A stretch of 64,000 nucleotides of DNA from Dehalococcoidia bacterium (GTDB lineage: Bacteria > Chloroflexota > Dehalococcoidia > SZUA-161 > SpSt-899), in contig DAOTYO010000036.1 of NCBI GenBank assembly GCA_034434815.1, positions 3,673 through 67,672 of the forward strand, read 5' to 3'. A model generated the notes under the pieces. The model was not told where the DNA came from and made no database searches. It saw only the letters and a list, made by a program, of their open reading frames with translations. A program made the translations under genes and the position numbers. Shown piece after piece: positions 9,210-19,029 of the stretch (its first letter is position 1; every line of letters begins with the position of its first letter).

Positions 9210-9239
9210 TTGAAGAGCCTTTCCCATTGCGGGTACAAT
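9210..9239 (+). promoter_or_regulatory. sigma70-like promoter TTGAAG-18-TACAAT upstream of apgM
   Basis: Hexamers with 18-nt spacer lie immediately downstream of MITE copy A and ~20 nt before the apgM ATG. Confidence 0.4.
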
Positions 9240-9258
9240 AGCACTGAAGGGGGAGAGG

Positions 9259-10464
9259 ATGATTGATCTCGAGATTCTCAAGGAGCTATCGCTCAGGACT
9301 CCCACGAAGATCGTTCTCTTGGTACTGGACGGCCTCGGCGGGTTGCCGCATCCCAATACCGGCCAGACGGAGCTCGAGACGGCGCACAAGCCGAATCTCG
9401 ATCGGCTTGCTGCCGAGGGGGTGTGCGGTCTTCTCGTACCGGTGAGTTCGGGAATTACCCCCGGGAGCGGACCGGGGCATCTGGCGCTCTTCGGGTACGA
9501 TCCCATCCGCTATACGGTGGGAAGGGGGGTGCTCGAAGCGCTGGGGCTGGATTTCGATCTTCAGGATGGCGATGTGGCGGCAAGGTGCAACTACTGTACA
9601 GTGGACGAATCGGGAGTGATCACCGACCGGCGCGCCGGCCGCATTCCCAGCGAGAAGAACGCCGAGCTCTGCCGGAAGCTCCGGGAGATCCGCATTGATG
9701 GCACTGAAATCTTTATCCTTCCCGGAAAGGAGCACCGATTCGCTGCCGTCTTCCGGGGAAAGGGGCTCGGCGGGGAGGTGGCCGATACCGATCCCCAGAA
9801 GGTCGGCCTGAAGCCCAAAGAGGCGGTCCCGCTCTCTCCCGCAGGTGCGCGCACCGCCGAGGTGATCAATGAATTCATCGCCAGAGCCAGAGCTGTTCTC
9901 GCCGGGTCCCATCCGGCCAACATGATCCTCTTCCGGGGGATTTCCCAGCGGCCGAACTTGCCCCGGATGAGCGAAGTGTTCAAGCTGAATCCTGCCGCCA
10001 TCGCATCATATCCCATGTATCGGGGGCTGGCCAAGCTTGTGGGCATGAAGGTGCTCGACACCGGTTCAACCTTTGCGGATGAGCTGAAAACCCTGGGGGC
10101 TCACTGGGCGGAACATGACTACTTTTACGTTCATTACAAAGCCACCGATACTGCCGGAGAGGATGGCGATTTCGCCCGCAAGGTTCACGCGATCGAAGAG
10201 GCCGATGCCCTGATCCCCAAGATCCTCGCCCTCAATCCGGATGTGCTCGTCGTCACCGGAGATCACTCCACGCCGGCTATCCTGAAGGGGCATAGCTGGC
10301 ATCCCGTTCCGGTTGTGGTCCATTCCAAATACTGCCGGAAGGGGGGCACCAAGGAGTTCTCCGAGAAGGCATGTGCGGGGGGCAGTCTGGGGCGGATCCG
10401 CGCTGCCGACCTCATGCCGATCGCGATGGCCAATGCCCTGAAGCTAGAGAAGTTCGGCGCGTGA
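9259..10464 (+). CDS. apgM: 2,3-bisphosphoglycerate-independent phosphoglycerate mutase, archaeal type
   Basis: 401 aa. …VLLVLDGLGG… N-terminus, …DGDFARKVHAIEEAD… and C-terminal …HSTPAILKGHSWHPVP… are typical of ApgM-family cofactor-independent PGM. Confidence 0.85.
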   Translation: MIDLEILKELSLRTPTKIVLLVLDGLGGLPHPNTGQTELETAHKPNLDRLAAEGVCGLLVPVSSGITPGSGPGHLALFGYDPIRYTVGRGVLEALGLDFDLQDGDVAARCNYCTVDESGVITDRRAGRIPSEKNAELCRKLREIRIDGTEIFILPGKEHRFAAVFRGKGLGGEVADTDPQKVGLKPKEAVPLSPAGARTAEVINEFIARARAVLAGSHPANMILFRGISQRPNLPRMSEVFKLNPAAIASYPMYRGLAKLVGMKVLDTGSTFADELKTLGAHWAEHDYFYVHYKATDTAGEDGDFARKVHAIEEADALIPKILALNPDVLVVTGDHSTPAILKGHSWHPVPVVVHSKYCRKGGTKEFSEKACAGGSLGRIRAADLMPIAMANALKLEKFGA

Positions 10465-10520
10465 GCTTTTTCGATCGGGTGATCTCGTCCCCGACGTATC
10501 GCTGAAGCCGAGGAGGTATC

Positions 10521-11279
10521 ATGCGTACACCGATCATTGCCGGCAATTGGAAGATGAACACCACGGTGGCCGAGGCGCTCGAGCTGATCGGCGCGATGAG
10601 GGAACGGCTTCAGCGGATCCGCGGCGTGGAGGTGGTCATCTGTCCCCCCTTTGTCTCGCTGGTTCGTGCGGCCGAGGCGCTCGAAGGCACTCCCATCCGG
10701 TTGGGCGCCCAGAACATGCACTTCGAGGAAAAAGGGGCTTTCACCGGTGAGATTTCCCCCCTCATGTTGAAGGGCCTCTGCGAATACGTGATCCTCGGTC
10801 ACTCCGAGCGCCGGATGTACTTCGGCGAGACCGATGAGATGGTCAATCGGAAGGTCAAAGCGGCGCTTGCGGCAGGGCTCAAGCCGATCGTATGTGTGGG
10901 CGAAACTCTTGCGGAAAACGAATCGGGGCGGACCGAAGCGGTAGTGACCCGGCAGGTTCAGGCGGCCCTCGATGGGGTTCCTTCCATCGAGAATATCGTC
11001 ATTGCCTATGAGCCCGTGTGGGCCATCGGCACCGGCAGAGCGGCGAGCGAATCCCAAGCGGGTGCCACCATCGGACTCGTTCGGCGGATTGTGCGCGATC
11101 GCTACGGCAAGGCGGCGGAAGCCCTGCGCATCCAGTATGGCGGGAGCACCAATGCCAAGAACATCGCCGGCTTCATGAGGGGGCCCGAGATTGACGGGGC
11201 GCTGGTGGGGGGGGCCAGCCTCAAAGCGGACGAGTTCGTGAGCATGGTGGAACAGACCGCGGCAATCAAAGGATCATGA
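10521..11279 (+). CDS. tpiA: triosephosphate isomerase
   Basis: …IIAGNWKMN…, …ILGHSERR…, …[11 protein letters not shown]… and …QYGGS… are canonical TIM motifs. Confidence 0.95.
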   Translation: MRTPIIAGNWKMNTTVAEALELIGAMRERLQRIRGVEVVICPPFVSLVRAAEALEGTPIRLGAQNMHFEEKGAFTGEISPLMLKGLCEYVILGHSERRMYFGETDEMVNRKVKAALAAGLKPIVCVGETLAENESGRTEAVVTRQVQAALDGVPSIENIVIAYEPVWAIGTGRAASESQAGATIGLVRRIVRDRYGKAAEALRIQYGGSTNAKNIAGFMRGPEIDGALVGGASLKADEFVSMVEQTAAIKGS

Positions 11280-12226
11280 GGAAGCGGCTTATCGCCATCG
11301 TCGGCCCGACGGGCATCGGGAAGAGCGCGCTGGCGCTTCCCTTGGCCCGCCGGTGGGAGGGCGAGATCGTGAACGCCGATAGCCGTCAGGTTTACCGGCA
11401 CATGGATATCGGCACCGCTAAGCCGTCCCCCGCCGAACGTTCCCTCGTTCCCCATCATCTGTACGATATCGTGGACCCCGATGGGGAGTTCAACCTCGCT
11501 TTGTACCAGAGCTTGGCCTCCTCGACGATTGAGGCCATCCACAATCGGGGGCGTTTACCTTTTCTGGTGGGCGGAAGCGGGCAGTACGTCTGGGCCGTCC
11601 TCGAGGGTTGGGCCATCCCCGAAGTCCCTCCCGATCGTGCCCTTCGCGAGGAGTTGGAATCCCGCGCCCGTTCGGAAGGCACCGAAAGGCTCTATCGGGA
11701 GCTTCGGGAGCTCGATCCCCGTGCAGCGGCGCGAATCGATCCCCGGAATGCCAGAAGGATCGTGCGGGCACTTGAAGTGTGTCTTCTGAGCGGGAGGCCT
11801 TTCTCCGAACTTCAGGCCAGATCCTCGCCCCCTTTCGATGCGCTGATCATCGGATTGACCATGGAACGCCAAGCCCTCTACCGCCGCATCGATGAGCGGG
11901 TGGACCGGATGATCGCCGAAGGGTTTATCGCCGAAGTAAAGGGCCTTCTCGAACGCGGGTACGCGCTCGATCTTCCCGCGATGTCGAGTCTGGGTTATCG
12001 GGAGATCGGGACGTATCTTCTCGGGAAGATGAGTCTTGCGGATGCCGTACAGCGGATCAAGTTCGAGACCCACCGCTTCGCGCGGTATCAGAGCACGTGG
12101 TTCCGGCCCAAGGATCCGCGCATTCACTGGCTGCGGGTCGAGGAAGGAGTCGAACGAGCGGCCGAGGAGTTGATCGGCCGGTGGGTGCATTCAGATCCCC
12201 TGACGGGGATCCCCTCGGAGCGCTGA
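11276..12226 (+). CDS. miaA: tRNA dimethylallyltransferase
   Basis: P-loop …IVGPTGIGKS…, …DSRQVYR…DIGTAKP…; overlaps the tpiA stop. Confidence 0.9.
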   Translation: MRKRLIAIVGPTGIGKSALALPLARRWEGEIVNADSRQVYRHMDIGTAKPSPAERSLVPHHLYDIVDPDGEFNLALYQSLASSTIEAIHNRGRLPFLVGGSGQYVWAVLEGWAIPEVPPDRALREELESRARSEGTERLYRELRELDPRAAARIDPRNARRIVRALEVCLLSGRPFSELQARSSPPFDALIIGLTMERQALYRRIDERVDRMIAEGFIAEVKGLLERGYALDLPAMSSLGYREIGTYLLGKMSLADAVQRIKFETHRFARYQSTWFRPKDPRIHWLRVEEGVERAAEELIGRWVHSDPLTGIPSER

Positions 12227-12241
12227 GGAGCCCTTCCCTCC

Positions 12242-12841
12242 TCACTTCTTGAACAATATGAGCGAGCGGATCCCATATCCGCACTCGAGTTCGGCGGTGC
12301 GCGCGATCTCGGCACGATGGTCGGAAAGGATGCGCTTCACGCCGCGTGTGACTTCGGGCCAATCCTCGAACTCCCAATCATGGAAGCCGATGGCGCCTCC
12401 GCTCACAAGACGAGGCCAGATGATCTTGAAGTCGTTGATCACGAAGGCTTCTTGATGACACCCGTCCACGAATCCAAAGCAGAACTTTTGCCCCTTACCG
12501 AAGCGCACCTTTCTCGAATCCTTCCGGATGGTGACGATGTTATCGAATCCGGTGGTGGCTTCACGGTAAACCTCCCACATCGATCGGCCTTGGAGAAATG
12601 CTAGATACACCTCTCGGGCGGTGGCGCCTTTGGGACTGACGGTCTCGTCGAGCTCAGGATCGAAGATATCCACGACGAACACTTTCTTTCCGCATCGCTG
12701 GGCGAAGGCGGCAAGCTTGACCGTTCCCCCTCCCATGAACGCCCCGATTTCGATAAGATCTCCCTCGAGGGTGTGGAGGTGGTGTTCCTCGACGAAGGCG
12801 ATGAGGGCTTCGTAACCGACGAAGTCGGGGGGTGGATTCAT
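12242..12841 (-). CDS. class I SAM-dependent methyltransferase
   Basis: 199 aa. …LIEIGAFMGGGTVKLA… is a Rossmann SAM-binding motif I, with …VDGCH… downstream. Last gene of a 4-gene minus-strand operon. Confidence 0.6.
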   Translation of the reverse strand: MNPPPDFVGYEALIAFVEEHHLHTLEGDLIEIGAFMGGGTVKLAAFAQRCGKKVFVVDIFDPELDETVSPKGATAREVYLAFLQGRSMWEVYREATTGFDNIVTIRKDSRKVRFGKGQKFCFGFVDGCHQEAFVINDFKIIWPRLVSGGAIGFHDWEFEDWPEVTRGVKRILSDHRAEIARTAELECGYGIRSLILFKK

Positions 12842-12842
12842 T

Positions 12843-13865
12843 CTAGCGCTCGTTGAAGCGTTCCCAGAAATCCCTGACCAGTTGATCGCCGTTGGTCAGT
12901 TGGGTTGTGGCGGCGATGGCCATGCCCGCGGAGACCCATGTGAACTTCTTTTCTTCCGGCCATACCGTTTCTTCCGGAATCTTCATGCCGCTCCAGAACG
13001 AACCGGGCTTATCCTGCAGCCGGAGGATCCACTGCAAAAGCTGCCGCGCTCTTCCCCACTCCCCCAGACGTGCCAGCGCTACGATCAGTTCGCACGTTTC
13101 CCCGGCGGTCACCCAGAAGGGGGCTTCCACAATGCATTTGCAACCCCAGTTTTCGATGATGAAGTCGTTCCAGCGCCGCAAGATACGGTGCCGGGCCGCC
13201 GGACCCGTGATCACCCCGGAGAGCACCGGATAGAACCATGCCATGGCATAATCGCACTGCCGGTAGCCGGGGTCGTCGAATCGCTCCGGATGGTAGCGCA
13301 AAGCATGGGCGAGCTTATCGCGGGCCTTCTCCCAATCGGGCCGCGATTTGCCCAAGGCTCTGGCGATCTTGATGCCGGAGGTGAGGCTCAGACAGATGCA
13401 ACTGCACGATGCGGAAAGGGCTCGATCCCACGGCCGATTCTGGGGATCGAGGCTCCAGTAGATCTCTCCTGTCGGCTGTTGAAGGCTCACGGCGAAGTCC
13501 AGCCCCCGCTCGATCGTCGGCCACATGTATTCGAGAAAGTCGGCATCTTCTGTGGCCAGATACCGGCACCACATCCCCACGGCGATATAGGAAGAGTAGT
13601 TCGTATCGCGGGCCAGTTCAGTGGGCTGATCGTTCACGTAATTCGAATACCAGCTTCCATCGGGGTTCTGCATCCGGCGGAGCCACTCGTATGCCTTTCG
13701 GGCTTCCTCGTGGCGGCGCGAGAGATCGAGGGCGATGGCGCACTCCACGTGGTCCCATGGATCTGTGACGTCCCCTTTCTGCCATGGGATCGCGCCGGAG
13801 GGGAGCTGATGCTGCGCGATGTACTCGGCGGAATCGTGAATTACGTTACGAAACAGATTGGCCAT
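12843..13865 (-). CDS. alpha/alpha-toroid protein (prenyltransferase/squalene-oxidase-repeat or six-hairpin glycosidase-like)
   Basis: 340 aa with repeated …GAIPW…DPWDHVE…, …NPDGSWY…, …QPTGEIYW… and …KPGSFWSG… aromatic-rich repeats typical of (alpha/alpha)6 barrels. Function not assignable from sequence. Confidence 0.45.
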   Translation of the reverse strand: MANLFRNVIHDSAEYIAQHQLPSGAIPWQKGDVTDPWDHVECAIALDLSRRHEEARKAYEWLRRMQNPDGSWYSNYVNDQPTELARDTNYSSYIAVGMWCRYLATEDADFLEYMWPTIERGLDFAVSLQQPTGEIYWSLDPQNRPWDRALSASCSCICLSLTSGIKIARALGKSRPDWEKARDKLAHALRYHPERFDDPGYRQCDYAMAWFYPVLSGVITGPAARHRILRRWNDFIIENWGCKCIVEAPFWVTAGETCELIVALARLGEWGRARQLLQWILRLQDKPGSFWSGMKIPEETVWPEEKKFTWVSAGMAIAATTQLTNGDQLVRDFWERFNER

Positions 13866-13871
13866 AGGCGT

Positions 13872-14600
13872 TTACCCGGCAGTGGTCCCGTTTCGACGCT
13901 TGCGCGCATACAAAACGATGCTCTTGGCAAAGACGGTGTTGAGGGCATCATCGAGGAGCCGGACGGGAGTGGTCCGCGTTTTCAGATCCCACACAAGGAA
14001 CTTATGGTATAGCGAAGGGATCAGCGCTTTGTCGTTATCGGCCCCGAATAGGCAGCGCGAAATCCAGTAAAAGGAATGGAGGGCATGCTTATGGCGGACG
14101 GCAAAGATCTCGAGGTTGTTCTGGGAAAGTTTGGCTTTAAGCTCCCCCGCCCGATAGATCCTCACATGCCCCCCGGGGCTGGTCCGGTAGGACCGGGAAA
14201 GCTTCCAACAGATCCTTTCGGGAAGATAGGAAGGGACGCTTACGGCGAGGGTGCCATCGTCTTTGAGGACACGGACAAGCTCGCGCATGGCCTGCACATC
14301 GTCCGGGATATGCTCCAGAACTTCGGAGCAGATCACCTTGTCGAAGGTGCCGTCTCGGAAGGGAAGCCTGAGGATATCCGCCTGAGCCAGAAGCCAGACC
14401 CCTTTGGATTCGCCTTGATCCTCGAGCCGCCGGAAGACGCCGTACCCCTTGCGAAGGCTCTCGCGGTTCAAGTCCAACGCACAAACGATGCATTCCCCCT
14501 GTTTGCAGGCTTCCCAGCTATGGCGCCCTTCCCCACACCCGATATCGAGCACCCTCTCGCCCGGCCGCAGGGTGAGGAGTTTGTAATCGATGGTCAACAT
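13872..14600 (-). CDS. class I SAM-dependent methyltransferase (Methyltransf_11/UbiE-like)
   Basis: …VLDIGCGEGRH… motif I, …LLAQADILRLPFRDGTFDKVICSEVLEHIPD… motifs II/III. Confidence 0.75.
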   Translation of the reverse strand: MLTIDYKLLTLRPGERVLDIGCGEGRHSWEACKQGECIVCALDLNRESLRKGYGVFRRLEDQGESKGVWLLAQADILRLPFRDGTFDKVICSEVLEHIPDDVQAMRELVRVLKDDGTLAVSVPSYLPERICWKLSRSYRTSPGGHVRIYRAGELKAKLSQNNLEIFAVRHKHALHSFYWISRCLFGADNDKALIPSLYHKFLVWDLKTRTTPVRLLDDALNTVFAKSIVLYARKRRNGTTAG

Positions 14601-15829
14601 CTAACCATCTCCTCGTAGACGGCCACTGTGTTCTCGGCGGCCCGTCTCCACGTGAAGTGGTTTTCCACGCGCCTTCGGCCTGCCTCCCCCATCCGCTTCC
14701 TGAGGTGCGGATCGGTGAGGAGGAGTTTGATGGCGGTGGCCAGGGCACCGGGGTCGGCCGGGGGAACGGAAAGCCCCGCTTCGCTATCGGTTCCGATCAC
14801 CTCCGGCAGGGCTCCCGCACGCGAGACGATCACCGGAAGGCCGCAGGCCATCGCTTCGGTGGCGGGCAGACCGAACCCTTCATAGAGGGAAGGGACTACG
14901 GCCACTTCGGAGGCCGAGTAACGGGCTACCAGTTCACGGTCATCAATCCTTCCGGTGAAGGTGACGATATCCTGCAGGTGATGTCTGCGGATGAGGGTTT
15001 CGCTTCTTCCGCCGGGGATCGGAGATCCGACGATTGTCAACTTGGGTTGTATTCCATTTCGAACAAGGCTGAGCGCCTCGAGTAAATAGCCGACTCCCTT
15101 CATCGGGCTATCGGCGCTGTTTACCGTGATGAGACTGTTGGGTTCCTTTTGGGCTGACTGATCGGGACGGAAGAGGGTTTCGTCCGTGCCGTTGTAAACG
15201 ACGCGGGTTTTTTCCTTGGGGACCCCGAAGGCGCGGCTCGTATCCGCCGCGGCGGCATTGGAAACCGAGATGATCCGATCCATCCGCCGGGCCACGTATC
15301 CCTGCATGCGGATAAAGGAATACCATCGCTTGAGGCGGAGTTTCCAATAGAGGTTCTTGGCCGAAGCGATGTCGACATCTCGATCGACTGTCACGGGATG
15401 ATGGATGGTGGCCACCACCGGAATCTTGAGAAACCGCTTGATCCACAAAAGCCCGTAACCAAGCCCTTGATTATCGTGGACGATATCGAATTTGTAGATG
15501 GGCTGAAGCTCGCGGAGCTTCATGAAAGCCCGGACGCTGAAGGTGAATGGCTCGGGAAAGCCGCCCAGGGCCACATCGCCATATTCGTACAGATTGAGGG
15601 GGGTCGGTTTCTTGGGAAAGTCAAATGGAAAACGGCGGGTGGATTCATAGAGATTGAGGCTCGGGAGTCTGTGAAGGACCACACCCTCCTCCACCACGGG
15701 ATACGGAGGCCCCGATATCACATGCACCGTGTGTCCCAGACGAAGGAGCTCGCGGGAAAGATAGTAGATGTAAACCCCCTGTCCCCCGCAATTGGGTTTC
15801 CCTCTATAGCATAGAAGACAGATATTCAT
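14594..15829 (-). CDS. glycosyltransferase family 4 (GT-B fold)
   Basis: N-terminal …YRGKPNCGGQGVYIYYLSRELLRLGHTVHVISGPPYP… and C-terminal …EGFGLPATEAMACGLPVI… (EX7E-type GT4 motif). Overlaps the downstream methyltransferase by 7 nt. Confidence 0.8.
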   Translation of the reverse strand: MNICLLCYRGKPNCGGQGVYIYYLSRELLRLGHTVHVISGPPYPVVEEGVVLHRLPSLNLYESTRRFPFDFPKKPTPLNLYEYGDVALGGFPEPFTFSVRAFMKLRELQPIYKFDIVHDNQGLGYGLLWIKRFLKIPVVATIHHPVTVDRDVDIASAKNLYWKLRLKRWYSFIRMQGYVARRMDRIISVSNAAAADTSRAFGVPKEKTRVVYNGTDETLFRPDQSAQKEPNSLITVNSADSPMKGVGYLLEALSLVRNGIQPKLTIVGSPIPGGRSETLIRRHHLQDIVTFTGRIDDRELVARYSASEVAVVPSLYEGFGLPATEAMACGLPVIVSRAGALPEVIGTDSEAGLSVPPADPGALATAIKLLLTDPHLRKRMGEAGRRRVENHFTWRRAAENTVAVYEEMVRC

Positions 15830-16037
15830 GGCTACCTTCTCCTACATGCTTCCCGTTCTTCCTAAGGGTGAGGCGATTCAAGAGAGGGGTTTCACCCGAT
15901 TCCACAGTGGCCGTTCCCTTGCCGGGAAGAATCCCCCTTCTTCGCCTGCGAAGGGCGGCGACAATCTGGCCGAGTATAACCCATCGGCACCGGATTTGTC
16001 AACCCGCCGTTGGACAAGTCGTGCATGCTTGTAAAGT

Positions 16038-16061
16038 AATTTGGACGATTTGATCCAAATT
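16038..16061. promoter_or_regulatory. perfect inverted repeat AATTTGGA-N8-TCCAAATT (candidate operator)
   Basis: 8-bp perfect palindromic arms ~45 nt upstream of the -35 of the SBP operon promoter. A second imperfect IR TTGTCAAC-N5-GTTGGACAA lies just upstream. Confidence 0.4.
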
Positions 16062-16105
16062 ATGCCGTTCGCAGTGACACTAGTATCAGAACATGGCCTT
16101 GCAGC

Positions 16106-16135
16106 TTGACATCTTTCTCCGGCCGGTGGTAGAAT
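16106..16135 (+). promoter_or_regulatory. sigma70-like promoter TTGACA-18-TAGAAT
   Basis: Consensus -35 and near-consensus -10, ~100 nt upstream of the SBP start. Confidence 0.45.
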
Positions 16136-16233
16136 CTCGGCGAATATGGCGCTTGTTCGGTGGTGCTCCGGACAGAGGTGTGCTAGACTATCATCGGCCC
16201 TTGGGTGAGCAGACTCTCGAAGGAGGGATCGGG

Positions 16234-17517
16234 ATGGTGAGAAGTGCGTTCAAGCGATGGGCACCTCTTGTGGCGGTTCTCTTGGTTTCCAGCTTGATGC
16301 TCGCGGCGTGTGGTGGTGGGGGAGAGGGAGATGAGACGAAGACCACGGGGCAAACCTCACCCACCGGCAAGGCCGCGAAGAAGACGGTGATCATCGGCAA
16401 TCTCACGGATATGACGGGTGCCATGCAGGCGGCGGGAGAGGTTCTCGATATGGCGCTCCACGATACGGCGGATTATTTCAATGAGAAGGGGCTGATCCCC
16501 GGAGTGGAGCTCAAAGTCATCGATTACGATGGGGCGTATGATCCTTCTAAGGATATCCCGGGCTATGAGTGGTTGAAGGAGAGGGGTGCGGATGTGATCT
16601 GGACACCCGTCCCGGCCACTCCGCTGGCAATCCGTCCCCTCGCCGATCGGGATCACATGCTGGTGTTCGCGGCTTCGGCGAGCCCCCGATCATTGCTCCC
16701 GCCGGGGTGGGTCTTCAGTCCGGGCAACTTTCCCTTTGATGAGGGTTACACCCTTCTCAAATGGGTCGCCGAGAACGATTGGGACTACAAAACCAAAGGC
16801 CCGGCGAAAGTGGCCGGGGTGAGCTGGCCGACCCCGAATGTTCTGGAGCTGATTGATGGGGCGAAGAGATATGCCGAGGAGCACCCCGATCAGTTCCAGT
16901 GGGAGGGGAAGTTCGCCAGCGCGGCGATCGTATTCGCATGGGATAGCGAAGTGCTGGCCACGAAGAATTGCGATTACATTATCCCCCCCGGCGTCCCGGT
17001 GAATTTCGTCAAACAGTATCGAGAGGCAGGTTACAAAGCGAAGTTCATCGGCACCTCCGTTCAACTGGCCTTCATCTCATTGATAAACGATGCGAATCTC
17101 TGGGATGAGCTCGATGGCGGCGTATTTCTGAACGCCACGCGATGGTGGAACGAAGAGGGCACGATGATCAATCTGACCCGAGATCTCCTCAATGGGAACC
17201 ATCCCGATAGGGCCAAAGAGATCATGCGTGCCGGTTCGGGATATCTGGCCGTTGCCAATGCCTATCAGTTGTGTGAGATCATCCAGAAAGCAGTGGCGAC
17301 AGCAGGGGTGGAGGCCATTGATACGGAGGACTTCGCTCAAGCCCTCTATGAGGCGGCAGAAGCTTACGAGATGGAAGTCGATGGAGTGAAGCAGTATAGC
17401 TTCTCTCCAACCAAACGCACCGCACCGAACTATGTGGGCTTCTACCGGCTGGATGCCTCTCAGAAGGACATTTTCCGGCAGGGCGGATGGTATCCCATCG
17501 AGTTTGTGCAACAGTAG
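16234..17517 (+). CDS. ABC transporter substrate-binding lipoprotein (branched-chain amino-acid-binding / Peripla_BP_6-like)
   Basis: Signal peptide + lipobox (…LMLAACGGGG…), size ~430 aa and type-I periplasmic binding-protein-like composition. Start taken at the ATG after GGAGGGATCGGG. Confidence 0.65.
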   Translation: MVRSAFKRWAPLVAVLLVSSLMLAACGGGGEGDETKTTGQTSPTGKAAKKTVIIGNLTDMTGAMQAAGEVLDMALHDTADYFNEKGLIPGVELKVIDYDGAYDPSKDIPGYEWLKERGADVIWTPVPATPLAIRPLADRDHMLVFAASASPRSLLPPGWVFSPGNFPFDEGYTLLKWVAENDWDYKTKGPAKVAGVSWPTPNVLELIDGAKRYAEEHPDQFQWEGKFASAAIVFAWDSEVLATKNCDYIIPPGVPVNFVKQYREAGYKAKFIGTSVQLAFISLINDANLWDELDGGVFLNATRWWNEEGTMINLTRDLLNGNHPDRAKEIMRAGSGYLAVANAYQLCEIIQKAVATAGVEAIDTEDFAQALYEAAEAYEMEVDGVKQYSFSPTKRTAPNYVGFYRLDASQKDIFRQGGWYPIEFVQQ

Positions 17518-17562
17518 AAAATCGGATTCGCTCGTTTCGATTTCTGTGAAAAGGAGATATCG

Positions 17563-19008
17563 ATGATCGGAATCACGGCGTACGGAGCCTATATCCCCTG
17601 GCACCGGATGGAAAGGCAACTCTGTGTCAAGGCATGGGGGGGATTCGCCATGCCGGGGGAAAAGGCGGTGGCGTTCTTCGATGAGGACAGCGTCACCATG
17701 GGCGTTGCCGCCGCCCTGGATTGCATGGGAGATGTGGACCCCCAGACGATTGATGGCCTGTATTTCAGCACCACTACACCGCCTTATAAGGAGAAGCAAT
17801 CGGCGGCCATCATGGCGATCGCTCTGGGACTGCGGCGCGATGTGCGCACCGCCGATTTCGGCACCTCGCTCCGGGCCGGCACCATCGCTTTCGGCGCAGC
17901 GCACGATGCCTTGAAGGCCGGCACCGCAAAGAGCATCCTTGTGACCGCAGCGGATATGCGCCTTGCGGCTCCCGGCGGCATTACGGAACAGGGCCTGGGG
18001 GATGGAGCGGCCGCCTTTCTCTTGGGCACGGAGAACGTGATCGCCGAGATTCAGGGGAGCTACTCCATCACCGATGAGCTTGCCGGAACATGGCGCGCGG
18101 CCGATGACACCTTCATCCGCTCATGGGAAGACCGCATGGTCCTCGATGAGGGCTATTCGGTCATCATCCCGGAGGCGTTGACCGGGATCATGAAGAAGTA
18201 CGGGCTTTCCCCCAAGGACTTCACCAAGGTGGTATTCGATAGCCCTGTGGACGGCCGCCGGCATGGCAAGGCGGCCGCTGCAGCGGGCTTCGATGCTTCT
18301 CAGGTTCAAGAGCCGTTCACCCTCTTCTTGAAGGTCGGGCTTACGGGATGTGCATCCGCCCCGATGATGTTGGTGAGCGCTCTCGAATCCGCCAAGCCCG
18401 GCGATAGGATCCTCTATGCCGGCAGCGGTGATGGGGTGGACGCCTTTATCCTTCGCGTGACCGATGCCATCACCAAACTTTCACCGCGCCGGGGAATCAA
18501 GGGGCATTTGGCTTCCAAGAAAATGATGGATAGCTACAATGCGTATCTGGTCTGGCGGGGCATCGTTCCTCAGGAAGAGGCACGCCGTCCCCCCAAGACG
18601 CCCGCCCGGCTTTCCGCTATCTGGCGGGAGAGAAGGCAACAACTCGGGCTCTGGGGTATCAAGTGTCGCAAATGCGGGACCGTTCAATACGATAACGGCG
18701 CCGCGGCTACCACGCCCATCCGCATCTGCGCGGTTTGCGGCGCGAAGGATGACTTCGAGGACTATAACTTCTCCCGGAGGAAGGCCAAGATCTTCAGCTA
18801 TACGCATGATAACCTTGCGCCCGTAGCGGATCCGCCGGCCTCGGTCGTTTTGGTGGATTTCGAGGGCGGCGGGCGCGCCTTCTTCGATCTCACGGATCGG
18901 GACCCCGCGGAGATCGCCGTGGGCACCGAGGTCGAGATGACCTTCAGGCGGATGCAGGTCAATCGGGGACTGAGCATTTACCACTGGAAAGCCCGCCCCG
19001 TGCGGTAG
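17563..19008 (+). CDS. HMG-CoA synthase-like (thiolase-fold) domain fused to DUF35 (Zn ribbon + OB fold)
   Basis: N-terminus MIGITAYGAYIPWHR resembles archaeal HMGCS (M..GI.G.GAYIPRYR). C-terminal 130 aa carry CRKCG…CAVCG Zn ribbon + OB fold (DUF35). No Cys in the region where the HMGCS nucleophile is expected. Confidence 0.65.
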   Translation: MIGITAYGAYIPWHRMERQLCVKAWGGFAMPGEKAVAFFDEDSVTMGVAAALDCMGDVDPQTIDGLYFSTTTPPYKEKQSAAIMAIALGLRRDVRTADFGTSLRAGTIAFGAAHDALKAGTAKSILVTAADMRLAAPGGITEQGLGDGAAAFLLGTENVIAEIQGSYSITDELAGTWRAADDTFIRSWEDRMVLDEGYSVIIPEALTGIMKKYGLSPKDFTKVVFDSPVDGRRHGKAAAAAGFDASQVQEPFTLFLKVGLTGCASAPMMLVSALESAKPGDRILYAGSGDGVDAFILRVTDAITKLSPRRGIKGHLASKKMMDSYNAYLVWRGIVPQEEARRPPKTPARLSAIWRERRQQLGLWGIKCRKCGTVQYDNGAAATTPIRICAVCGAKDDFEDYNFSRRKAKIFSYTHDNLAPVADPPASVVLVDFEGGGRAFFDLTDRDPAEIAVGTEVEMTFRRMQVNRGLSIYHWKARPVR

Positions 19009-19029
19009 ATATGATAAAGGAGAAAAGAG

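Noticed and set aside
9153-9506. Small ORFs running through the MITE copies (9153..9506 -, 30219..30440 -, 58741..59241 +, 63317..63499 -) whose translations share …RFRF(G/A)AFTL… and …PPTRPK…GGHPQSP… peptides
   Set aside because: The shared peptides reflect translation of the same repeat DNA. Frames and lengths differ between copies, copy C lacks the ATG, and no start/SD is conserved. They are treated as non-coding repeat sequence.
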